The translations under genes were made by a program, and so were the position numbers. Of a stretch of 64,000 nucleotides of DNA, positions 45,071 to 53,443 are shown piece by piece. Position 1 is the stretch's first letter. Each line of letters starts with the position of its first letter. Below the pieces are notes generated by a model. That model was not told the origin of the DNA, searched no databases, and saw only the letters and a program-made list of their open reading frames with translations. Location: the NCBI GenBank assembly GCA_035534915.1, contig DATLQZ010000074.1, positions 6,167 through 70,166 of the forward strand. Direction: 5' to 3'. Origin of the DNA: Candidatus Dormiibacterota bacterium. Its GTDB lineage: Bacteria > Chloroflexota > Dormibacteria > Aeolococcales > Bog-877.

Positions 45071-46719
45071 ACGGTGCAGATGCCTTCGTCGCGACACTCC
45101 GGGAGTGGGGGGTTGACACGTTTTTTGGGCTGCCCGGCTCGACCGAAGCTCCGCTCCTGGAAGCTCTGCGGGAGGATGGCGGGATTCGCTACGTGCTTGC
45201 CCTGCACGAGGGGGTGGTGGTGGCGATGGCAGATGGTTATGCTCGGGCCGCAGGTCGACCGGGAGTGGTCGGGCTGCACACCACTGTGGGCGCCATGAAC
45301 GGGATGAGCCAGCTGTTCAATTCCGCCAAGGATGGGGTGCCAGTGGTGATGACCGTCGGTCACAAAGACACCTCAGTGCTGGCCGAGGACGGATTCTGCA
45401 CCATTCCAGACTTGGCATCGCTGCTGCGTCCCTTTACGAAGAGGGCCCGACAGACGTTGGCACCCCAATCGATCGCGGCCGATCTCGCCAGGTCCCTGCA
45501 AGCGGCGGTCAGCAGCCCTTCAGGGCCTACCTTCCTAGCCGTGCCTGAGGACTTTATGGCGGCCCCGGTCAGCTTGAGCCCGGAGCCCGGTTCCTTGCCA
45601 GGTCTCCGGCGCCCGGTGGGGCTCGGATCCGGTCCGCGTGAGGAGATCGAGGCCGCAGCTAAGTTGCTCGCTCAGTCCTCGCGACCGCTCCTGGTCCTGG
45701 GTACCGCTGGGGCCCCGGCAAGGACACAGGTAGCCGAGCTGGCTCGCGCCGCGGGTATCGCGGTGGTCGCGGCCGACCTTACCGACTTGGCCAGCCTGTC
45801 TTACCAGGGATCCGACCCCGGTTATCTCGGGGTCTACGGAGACGAGCCCGCCGTTCTGGACGGGTGCGACCTGGTCCTGGCGGTTGGATGCAGAGTCTTC
45901 TACCCATTTTCCCATCGCCTGCGGCCGCGCCTACCTGAAGGCGCTGCGCTGGTGCATATCCACCCCGACGCGGCTCAGATCGGGATGGCCGCAGCGCCGA
46001 CCGTTGGGATAGTCGCTGATCCCAAACGGGCACTTCAGGCGCTGTTGGAGGCGTATGTGGGCTTGGATGTCGCCAAGATGATCGCGGCCCGCAGGGCTCG
46101 GCTGGGAGAGCTCCAAGCGAAGCGGGCTCAGGCGCTGGCCGAGGAGCTGGCGGCCAGTAAGGGGCAATCTCCGGTCGAGATGGCCGATCTTGCGGACGCC
46201 ATCTCCGACGCTCTTCCAGAGGGGACCATCCTGGTGGAAGAGGCGGTGCGGGGGTCCCGGCTGATCTTTCGCCACTGCGGGGTGCCCAAGGGCGGCGAGA
46301 TTTGGCGGAGCAGTGGAGGCGCGCTGGGCTGGGGCCTTCCGGCTGCGGTGGGCGCCAAGCTGGCGAGGCCCGATCGCTCAGTGGTGGCGGTGGTCGGAGA
46401 CGGAACCCTGCACTTCTCCGTCCAGGCGCTCTGGAGCGCCGTCTCACAGCGCGCCCCAATCGTGGTTGTGGTACTGGACAACGGCGGCTATCTGGCCGTG
46501 AAGCGTGCCATCGAGAACATGTTGCGGGTGCCGCTCGACCCACGTCTGCATCCGGGCACTGAGATCCAAGGAGTTGATCACGAGGCTGCGGCGCACGCCT
46601 ACGGGGCCGAGGCCGTGACAGTGACCAGCGCTGCCGAGGCTGGGGCGGCGATCAGGGAGGGATTGGCCGCGGAGCGGGTCACGGTGGTGGTCGTCCCGGT
46701 GGCGAAGATCAGGCCGTGA
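45067..46719 (+). CDS. thiamine-diphosphate-dependent enzyme (acetolactate synthase / benzoylformate decarboxylase-like)
   Basis: ATG 45067 overlaps the livF stop (ATGA). 550 aa with an N-terminal PYR domain (GADAFVATLREWGVDTFFGLPGSTEAPLLEAL). The C-terminal ThDP motif is GDGTLHFSVQALWSAV...VVVLDNGGY. Substrate not assignable. Confidence 0.85.
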   Translation: MNGADAFVATLREWGVDTFFGLPGSTEAPLLEALREDGGIRYVLALHEGVVVAMADGYARAAGRPGVVGLHTTVGAMNGMSQLFNSAKDGVPVVMTVGHKDTSVLAEDGFCTIPDLASLLRPFTKRARQTLAPQSIAADLARSLQAAVSSPSGPTFLAVPEDFMAAPVSLSPEPGSLPGLRRPVGLGSGPREEIEAAAKLLAQSSRPLLVLGTAGAPARTQVAELARAAGIAVVAADLTDLASLSYQGSDPGYLGVYGDEPAVLDGCDLVLAVGCRVFYPFSHRLRPRLPEGAALVHIHPDAAQIGMAAAPTVGIVADPKRALQALLEAYVGLDVAKMIAARRARLGELQAKRAQALAEELAASKGQSPVEMADLADAISDALPEGTILVEEAVRGSRLIFRHCGVPKGGEIWRSSGGALGWGLPAAVGAKLARPDRSVVAVVGDGTLHFSVQALWSAVSQRAPIVVVVLDNGGYLAVKRAIENMLRVPLDPRLHPGTEIQGVDHEAAAHAYGAEAVTVTSAAEAGAAIREGLAAERVTVVVVPVAKIRP

Positions 46720-47035
46720 CGCTGTTTTTGGTGACCGCAGGTAGCAGATGAGGGTCTTTTCGGCGGCTGCGACTGCTAGGTGTCTTGGAGGAGGCTTTCG
46801 GTGGCCAGGGCGTCCGTGTCGCATCCTGGCTGGTGTTGATCCCCTTCCCTTTCCGTTGGTTATGGAGGGCTAGAGAGGTGGCCATGTCAACTTCTCGCGA
46901 GGTGCGCTCGGGTCACGAAGGACCAGCGTCTTGTGGCGCGAGCCAGGTTCCATTGACCGAAGCCCTTCCCTGGTCCGGCGGGCACGGGGTCGGGCCTGTC
47001 CCCCAGGGTTCGCGGAGCGGCGAAGGACGGTACAG

Positions 47036-48061
47036 TTGAGGCCGCCGCTCGGGATCATGCTGCACACGGGTGACATGGGATACCCGGACATCGTGCGGTT
47101 CGCACGGCGGGCGGAGGACGCGGGCTATGAGCACTTCCTGCTCACCGAGGAGTCTGCGAAAGAGGCCTTCTCGCTCCTGGCCGCGCTCGCTACCGCCACC
47201 CAGAAGATCAGGCTGGGCACCGGAATTGTCAGCTTCTACACGAGGACTCCCACTTTGCTGGCCATGGCGGCACGATCCATTTGGGAGCTTTCCTCGGGCC
47301 GATTCAGCCCTCTCGGGATTGGCACCGGCGGCATTGGCTTCATGACCCGCGGCCACGGGATGACCTTGGACCGGCCGGTTGGGCGGGCGCGTGAAACGGT
47401 GGAGATCGTGCGCAGCTTGCTGACCGAGCCCAGAACCTCCTACCAGGGTAAGTGGTTTCGAGTAGAAGACTTTCATCTGCGCGAGGGTGCTCTCCCGGAC
47501 GGTGCCAGGATCCCGATTTGGCTCGCCGCGTTGGGTCCGCAGATGGCCACCATGAGCGGAAGGGTCGCGGACGGGATGATCAGCAACTGGCTCATTCCCG
47601 AGTCGCTGGCGGAGTACCGCACTTTGATCCAGGCTGGGGCCACAATTTCCGGGCGCAGTCAGAGTGACTTCCAGATTTCGAGTCTGACCATGGTCTGCGT
47701 CGACCCTAGTGATGAAGAGGCCGTGCGCGCCGCCAGACGGGGGGTGGCCTTCTATTGTGCCAGCACCCACTACCACCACATAGCAGATCTGGCCGGGTTG
47801 GGCGAGCAGGCCCGACGGGTGCAGTCCGTATGGGAGACCCGAGATTTCGAGGCGGCGGCTGCCATGGTGAGCGATGAGATGCTGGCCCGCTTCACGCTGG
47901 CCGGTTCGGACCGCGAGAATGAGGCCCGCCTAAAATGGATGATCTCCGAGGGAGTGCTGCCGATCATCTATCCACTCCCGCGCCGGTCGCGGGTGGTTGA
48001 GGACCACTTCACCGTCCTCGAGCGAGCGGCCGCCTGGAGTGGCCTGGGTGGTAAAGACTGA
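47036..48061 (+). CDS. LLM-class (luciferase-like) flavin/F420-dependent oxidoreductase
   Basis: LRPPLGIMLHTGDMGYPDIVRFARRAEDAGYEHFLLTEE, IRLGTGIVSFYTRTP and WLAALGPQM are typical of luciferase-like monooxygenase-fold proteins. TTG 47036 or ATG 47057 is the likely start; the track start 46931 adds a non-homologous extension. Confidence 0.78.
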   Translation: MRPPLGIMLHTGDMGYPDIVRFARRAEDAGYEHFLLTEESAKEAFSLLAALATATQKIRLGTGIVSFYTRTPTLLAMAARSIWELSSGRFSPLGIGTGGIGFMTRGHGMTLDRPVGRARETVEIVRSLLTEPRTSYQGKWFRVEDFHLREGALPDGARIPIWLAALGPQMATMSGRVADGMISNWLIPESLAEYRTLIQAGATISGRSQSDFQISSLTMVCVDPSDEEAVRAARRGVAFYCASTHYHHIADLAGLGEQARRVQSVWETRDFEAAAAMVSDEMLARFTLAGSDRENEARLKWMISEGVLPIIYPLPRRSRVVEDHFTVLERAAAWSGLGGKD

Positions 48062-48063
48062 GG

Positions 48064-49725
48064 ATGGAAGGGGTGACCTCGTTTCCAAGGGCCCTAGCGG
48101 AGCGATATCGACTCCGCGGGTATTGGGAGGACCGTGCACTTGGCGAGGTCTTTCAAGAGTGTTTCCAGAAGTTCGGGGATTCGCTAGCTGTGATCGACGG
48201 GGACGAACGATGGAGCTTCGCAGAGCTGGGCCAGGGTGTGGAGCGATTGGCGCTGAACCTTCTGGATCTGGGGATTCAGCCGCTCGATCGAGTGGTGCTC
48301 CAACTCCCCAACCGCGTGGAGTTCATTCTCTTGTACTTTGCGCTGCAACGCTTGGGGGCGATTCCACTGCTGGCCCTGCCAGGGCACAGAGAGTACGAGA
48401 TTGGTCACTACCTGGATTTCGTGGAGGCAGTGGGGTACGCCGCGCCTCCGAAGTACGGCGATTTCGATTGCCTGGGACTGGCGGCACGTCTCCAGGGGCA
48501 CAACCCCAATCTCCGTCTGATACTGGTCGCGGGGCCGGCCCCTGATCGGCCCGGGCATGTGGGCATCCGCGACCTGCTGCAACGCGCTCCCAAGGCCACG
48601 GTTGACCAGCTGCGCGGACTCTCAATTGACCCGGATGAACCGTGTGTATTCCAGCTGTCCGGGGGGACGACCGGTATCCCCAAAGTGATCCCACGCAGCC
48701 ACAATGACTACCTCTACAACAGCCGTCTGATCGCTTCGGTCAATGACATCAGGGCAGGGGATCGCTTGCTCGTTACGGCCCCGATTGGCCACAACTTTCC
48801 CCTTGCTTCTCCAGGTATACAGGGCTTCTTCCTGCACGGCGGGACGGTGGTGATGTGCCCCAGCCCTCGGTCGGGAGTGGTGCTACCGCTCATCGAACGT
48901 GAAAGCGTGACTCACCTGGAAATCGTGCCGGCGATGGTTCTGTCCTGGCTCCACGACGGCCTCATCCACGATCATCACCTGGAGTCTGTTCGCGTGATCA
49001 ACAGCGGGGGCCAGAAGTTCCAGCGTGATACCAAGATCCGGACCGAGGCCGCTTTCGTCGGCGCCAAGGTACAGGAGGTCTTCGGAATGGCTGAGGGCCT
49101 TCTGATGATCACCCGACTGGACGATCCCCGGGAGGTCAGGCTGGAGACGGCGGGCCGACCAATCTGCCCTGACGATGAGGTCATGTTGGTGGGCGAGGAT
49201 GGGCTCGAGGTCCGCGGGGGGGAGATCGGAGAGCTCCTCTGTCGCGGGCCGTACACCCTGCGTGGTTACTACCGTGCTCCCGAGGCGAACCGACGCGCGT
49301 TCACCGAGGACGGCTTCTACTGCTCGGGCGACCTGCTGCGACTGCACTCCTCAGGCAACTACGTGGTGGAGGGGCGTAAGAAGGATCTGGTGAATCGCGG
49401 GGGGGAGAAGATCAGCGCTGAAGAGGTAGAGGAGATGCTTCTCGGTCATCCCCTGGTAGCCAACGTCGCCTGCGTGCCGATGCCCGATCCAATCCTCGGG
49501 GAGCGCATGTGTGCCTTCGTCCAACCGATCCACGGTGCCACACCTGCGTTGAGTCAGCTGACCGCCATGTTGACGGAGCGCGGGTTGGCGCGCTTCAAAC
49601 ATCCGGAAAAGTTGGTGCTCGTCGCGGAGCTCCCGCTATCCCCGTTTGGCAAAGTACAGAAAAGCGTTCTGAGCCGGCGGGCCGCCGAGCTGGTCGACAC
49701 TACCAAGGAGGGTTACCCAAATTGA
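48064..49725 (+). CDS. aryl-acid adenylating enzyme, (2,3-dihydroxybenzoate)-AMP ligase DhbE/EntE-like, copy 1
   Basis: 553 aa; ATG lies 2 nt after the LLM stop. It has an EntE-like N-terminus (LAERYRLRGYWEDRALGEVF), ANL motifs LSGGTTGIPKVIPRSHNDYLYN, GEIGELLCRGPYTLRGYY and VNRGGEKISAEEVE, and the A10 motif PLSPFGKVQK. Confidence 0.85.
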   Translation: MEGVTSFPRALAERYRLRGYWEDRALGEVFQECFQKFGDSLAVIDGDERWSFAELGQGVERLALNLLDLGIQPLDRVVLQLPNRVEFILLYFALQRLGAIPLLALPGHREYEIGHYLDFVEAVGYAAPPKYGDFDCLGLAARLQGHNPNLRLILVAGPAPDRPGHVGIRDLLQRAPKATVDQLRGLSIDPDEPCVFQLSGGTTGIPKVIPRSHNDYLYNSRLIASVNDIRAGDRLLVTAPIGHNFPLASPGIQGFFLHGGTVVMCPSPRSGVVLPLIERESVTHLEIVPAMVLSWLHDGLIHDHHLESVRVINSGGQKFQRDTKIRTEAAFVGAKVQEVFGMAEGLLMITRLDDPREVRLETAGRPICPDDEVMLVGEDGLEVRGGEIGELLCRGPYTLRGYYRAPEANRRAFTEDGFYCSGDLLRLHSSGNYVVEGRKKDLVNRGGEKISAEEVEEMLLGHPLVANVACVPMPDPILGERMCAFVQPIHGATPALSQLTAMLTERGLARFKHPEKLVLVAELPLSPFGKVQKSVLSRRAAELVDTTKEGYPN

Positions 49726-50717
49726 TCATCGATGCCTACTCCCATGTCTGCCCGGAGCGTCTCATCGCGGCGATCAACCGGGATTACCCCAGCGCCGAGG
49801 CGGCCGCGCTCGACAGTCGACCTTATCTTCGGGACGCCGCCAAGCGTGTCCGATTCATGGATGAGGTGGGCATTGACGTACAGGTCCTGGTACTGGTCCG
49901 TCCTCCAATGTGGCTAGGCATGCCGCGCGAGGTCATGTACCGGATGATGCGTGAGGCCCATCTCGGGATCGCAGCCATGGTCGCCGAGTACCCGGACCGC
50001 TTCGTGGGTACGGCGGTGGCGCCGGCCTGCGACGAGCGGATCTTGACCGAACTTCGATTCGCCTGGGATGAATTGGGTTTGGTGGGGGCGGAGATCTTCT
50101 CCAATGTTGAGGGACAGCCGCTGGACGCCCAAGAGATGTGGCCCCTATATGCAGAGGTTGAGCAGCGCGGTGTGCCACTGTGGATACATCCCCAGCACAC
50201 CTCCTACCTGTACCCTTGGATCAAGGAGTCCCTTTTGGATCGCAGCCTGGGGTGGCCGTTCGACACCTCGCTAGCGATGATGCGGCTGGTCTATGGCGGT
50301 GTCATGGAGCGCTATCCAGACCTGAAGATCGTCACCCATCACTTGGGGGGCATGATCCCTTACTTTGGTGCTCGGCTGGACGCCTTTGACCATGAGATCG
50401 CTGAGTATCGCGCCAAGCAGCTTACCGGCGCCGCCGCCGTGGAGCTCTCCGCCCCCGTGGGTGATTATCTGCGACGTTTCTACAACGATACTGCCATCAG
50501 TTACAGCCCGGCTACCTTGCGCTGCGGGCTGGACTACTTCGGACCGCTTCACGTGATGTTCGGTACCGACTTTCCCATGGGATCGGCGGACGGGGAGACA
50601 TGGACCCGAGACATCTTGCGGGCCATTGGAGACACCGCGATGTCAGCGGAACACCGCGCTCTCTTGCTCGGAGGCAACGTCCAGCGGCTGCTGGGCTTGG
50701 ATCGCGCCGGGAGCTGA
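49722..50717 (+). CDS. amidohydrolase_2 (ACMSD / aromatic-acid decarboxylase-like) family protein, copy 1
   Basis: TTG 49722 overlaps the ligase stop (TTGA) and AAGGAGG lies at 49705-49711. 331 aa with LIIDAYSHVCP at the N-terminus, WIHPQH, GWPFDTSLAMMRLVYGGVMERYPDLKIVTHHLGG and MFGTDFP. Confidence 0.8.
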   Translation: MIIDAYSHVCPERLIAAINRDYPSAEAAALDSRPYLRDAAKRVRFMDEVGIDVQVLVLVRPPMWLGMPREVMYRMMREAHLGIAAMVAEYPDRFVGTAVAPACDERILTELRFAWDELGLVGAEIFSNVEGQPLDAQEMWPLYAEVEQRGVPLWIHPQHTSYLYPWIKESLLDRSLGWPFDTSLAMMRLVYGGVMERYPDLKIVTHHLGGMIPYFGARLDAFDHEIAEYRAKQLTGAAAVELSAPVGDYLRRFYNDTAISYSPATLRCGLDYFGPLHVMFGTDFPMGSADGETWTRDILRAIGDTAMSAEHRALLLGGNVQRLLGLDRAGS

Positions 50718-50857
50718 AACGGGTTTGCCCGCGCACAACCTTGGAGTTTGTTAAAAATGGTACTGTCGGGCGTAGGGGGGTGCGGCCGAGCGGCTCGGGT
50801 GCGAACAGCACCAGCCGGCGGCGACAGATCGGAGCCGGAAACGGGGAGTCTTAGGCC

Positions 50858-51712
50858 ATGACCAGAGATCAGCCCAACGTCGCCGAGGAGTTGGTGCGCC
50901 TCGGGTTCTCCACCTATGAGGCACGCACCTACGTCGGCCTGCTAGTAGCCGGCGAGAGTACCGGGTACCGGATCTCCAATGACACTGGAGTCCCGCAGCC
51001 AAAGGTTTACGAGACCCTGCGTCGGCTCGCGGAGAGGGGGGCTGCGACGCTGGTCAACCAGCGTCCCGCCCGTTACGCAGCCGTGCCCCCGGAACAACTG
51101 CTCGGTCGTCTACAAGGGGACTTCAGCAAGCGGTTGGAGCGGGCGCGCACCGGTTTTCGGGAACTGCCCTCCGGAGTCGGCGGCACGACCGGGCTCACGG
51201 TTAACCGTCTGGCCAGCATCGACGCCGCTTTGGAGCACACCCGCCGAGCCATCGACAAATCCGCCACTCGGGTGTACCTGCACGCCCGCCGAGACGAGCT
51301 CACGCCGCTTGCGGGAGCGGTGAAGTCGGCCGCTGCCCGCGGGGTCGAGTTCGTCATGGTCCACTTCGGCGCTCTGCCTTTCCCAGCTCCGCCGGGGCGG
51401 GTGGTCAGGCATGCCAGCACCGATGGCACCCTCTACGCCTCACGCGGAGTTCGTCATCTGGCGGCCGTGGTCGATTCGCGGTGGGGGCTGTGGGTGCTCT
51501 CTCGGGAGGGGCAGGCGGACGAGGGATTCCATGCCGACAGCCCACTCATGGCTAGCTTGGTCAAGACGTACATCCGTCACGACCTGTTCGTCCAGCGTAT
51601 CTACTCTGACTTTTCGACCGAGCTGGAGGAGGCGTACGGTCCCGGCCTGCTCAGCCTCACCGATTTTTCCGCGGAAGACGGGCTGGAGGAGGTTGCGGGC
51701 CAGGTCGGCTAG
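50858..51712 (+). CDS. TrmB-family transcriptional regulator
   Basis: 284 aa with the winged-HTH LGFSTYEARTYVGLLVAGESTGYRISNDTGVPQPKVYETLRRLAERGAA and a TrmB-type C-terminal domain. Confidence 0.8.
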   Translation: MTRDQPNVAEELVRLGFSTYEARTYVGLLVAGESTGYRISNDTGVPQPKVYETLRRLAERGAATLVNQRPARYAAVPPEQLLGRLQGDFSKRLERARTGFRELPSGVGGTTGLTVNRLASIDAALEHTRRAIDKSATRVYLHARRDELTPLAGAVKSAAARGVEFVMVHFGALPFPAPPGRVVRHASTDGTLYASRGVRHLAAVVDSRWGLWVLSREGQADEGFHADSPLMASLVKTYIRHDLFVQRIYSDFSTELEEAYGPGLLSLTDFSAEDGLEEVAGQVG

Positions 51713-51821
51713 CCATCGTCCTGGTAGCCCACCCACTACGGTAGGTATCTTTAGACCGCGGTGTGCCTACGGCCGGGTCTCAAACCGTCGCGAACGTTTT
51801 CTGAAGGGAGCAAGGATATCT

Positions 51822-53393
51822 ATGACGCTTGATGGAGTGGTCCCGTTTCCAGCTGAATTCCAGCAGCGCTACCGGGAACGAGGATATTGGGAGGACCTGA
51901 CCATGGATCAGGTCTTTCGGGCCGCCTTCGCTCGCCACGCCGACCGAACCGCCATTATTTTTCAAGACCACGAGGTCACATATTCGCAGCTGCAAGAGCA
52001 CGCTGACCGGCTGGCGGGGTGGCTCTGGCAGGAGGGGGTCAGGCCCCTTGATCGGGTGGTGGTGCACCTGCCCAACCGTCCGGACTTCATCTACCTCCAT
52101 TTCGCTCTTCAGCGGCTGGGAGCCGTCCCGATCATGGCATTGGCCGCGCACCGTCGCTACGAGATCGACCACTACCTCCGGCTGGCGGAGGCAACTGCTT
52201 ATTTCGGCACAGATCCGGAGCTAGCCGCGGAGGTGCAACTCACGAATCCGCAGCTGCGGCTCGTGGTTACCGGGGATGAGCTATCTCGGCCCTCAGCTGC
52301 CCCGGAAGCCCCGGCTGTGGCAATCGATCCCACCGATCCTTGCCTGCTCCTACTGTCAGGCGGCACCACCGGCGTCCCCAAGCTCATCCCCCGCACTCAC
52401 AACGACTACATCTACAACACGAAGGCGGCTTCCGCTGCCCAGGACATCACTCCTGAGACGGTGCAGTTGTGTGTCCTGCCGCTGGCTCACAATATGCCGC
52501 TGGCTTGCCCTGGGATCCAGGGGGTGTTTCTTGCAGGTGGCAAGGTGATTCTTCGCGGCAGCACCAGACCTGAGGACGTGCTCCCGGCGATCGAGCGCCA
52601 CCGCGCGACGCATGTGGCTGGGGTTCCGGCGCTCTATATCCGATGGCTGAGCGACCCGCTCAGTGCCGCGTGCGACCTGAGCTCGGTTCAGCTTCTGCAA
52701 TCTGGCGGCCAACGGCTTCAGCCCGAAGTGAGGCGGCGGATGGCGCGCGCCTTTCCCAACGCCTTCGTCCAAGAGAACTTCGGGATGAGTGAAGGGACGC
52801 TGTTCTTCACCAGCCGAGACGATCCGGAGGAGGTGCGCCTGGAGACGGTTGGCGTTCCGGTGTGCCCGGACGACGAGGTTCGACTGACCCAGGAAGACGG
52901 GAGGGATGTGCTCGACGGGGAGGTTGGCGAGCTCACTGTCCGGGGTCCCTACACCCTGCGCGGGTACTACCGAGCCGCGGACTACAACCATCGGGTGTTC
53001 ACCCCAGACGGCTTCTACAGGTCCGGCGACCTGATGCGACGTCACCCCTCGGGGGCTTATCTGGTGGAGGGCAGGATTAAGGACCTGGTCAATCGCGGCG
53101 GCGAAAAGATCAGCGCCGAGGAGGTGGAGAATCTCATTCTCACCCACCATAAGGTCCGCGATGTAGCCTGCGTGCCTCTTCCCGACCCGGTCCTGGGAGA
53201 GAGGATGTGCGCCTGTGTCATCGCCAAAGACGGCGAGACGGTGACGTTGCCGGAGTTAACAGCACACCTGCTGGACCTAGGTTTGGCGAAGTTCAAGCTC
53301 CCGGAGCGCGTTGAGTTGGTGGAGTCCTTTCCGCTCTCGCCCTTTGGGAAGGTATCCAAGAAGGCGCTCGCAGATCGGTTCGCAGCCGCGTGA
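51822..53393 (+). CDS. aryl-acid adenylating enzyme, DhbE/EntE-like, copy 2
   Basis: ATG 51822 follows GAAGGGAG. 523 aa with FQQRYRERGYWEDLTMDQVF, LSGGTTGVPKLIPRTHNDYIYN, GEVGELTVRGPYTLRGYY, VNRGGEKISAEEVE and PLSPFGKVSK. By eye it matches copy 1 at roughly half of its positions. The track start 51411 is an unsupported extension. Confidence 0.85.
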   Translation: MTLDGVVPFPAEFQQRYRERGYWEDLTMDQVFRAAFARHADRTAIIFQDHEVTYSQLQEHADRLAGWLWQEGVRPLDRVVVHLPNRPDFIYLHFALQRLGAVPIMALAAHRRYEIDHYLRLAEATAYFGTDPELAAEVQLTNPQLRLVVTGDELSRPSAAPEAPAVAIDPTDPCLLLLSGGTTGVPKLIPRTHNDYIYNTKAASAAQDITPETVQLCVLPLAHNMPLACPGIQGVFLAGGKVILRGSTRPEDVLPAIERHRATHVAGVPALYIRWLSDPLSAACDLSSVQLLQSGGQRLQPEVRRRMARAFPNAFVQENFGMSEGTLFFTSRDDPEEVRLETVGVPVCPDDEVRLTQEDGRDVLDGEVGELTVRGPYTLRGYYRAADYNHRVFTPDGFYRSGDLMRRHPSGAYLVEGRIKDLVNRGGEKISAEEVENLILTHHKVRDVACVPLPDPVLGERMCACVIAKDGETVTLPELTAHLLDLGLAKFKLPERVELVESFPLSPFGKVSKKALADRFAAA

Positions 53394-53398
53394 ACAGA

Positions 53399-53441
53399 GG
53401 AGGCAGCCGCTCTGGTCTATTTGACCCGAGCGGCTGCCTCC
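53399..53441. terminator. perfect 14-bp hairpin between convergent genes (bidirectional terminator-like)
   Basis: GGAGGCAGCCGCTC (53399-53412), a 15-nt loop, then GAGCGGCTGCCTCC (53428-53441). It sits between the ligase-2 stop (53393) and the amidohydrolase-2 stop (53444). Confidence 0.55.
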
Positions 53442-53443
53442 CG

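Noticed and set aside
45779-46543. 254-aa minus-strand ORF rich in Pro/Arg/Ser
   Set aside because: It is antisense to the ThDP enzyme gene, whose ThDP-binding motif is intact. The composition is typical of an out-of-frame GC-rich translation.
46720-47035. 316-bp gap before the LLM gene, as a possible riboswitch or small ORF (track ORF 46785-47039, 84 aa)
   Set aside because: I found no match by eye to TPP, FMN, cobalamin, glycine, ZTP or c-di-GMP riboswitch cores. The 84-aa ORF has no RBS and a non-protein-like composition. It would need an Rfam scan to settle.
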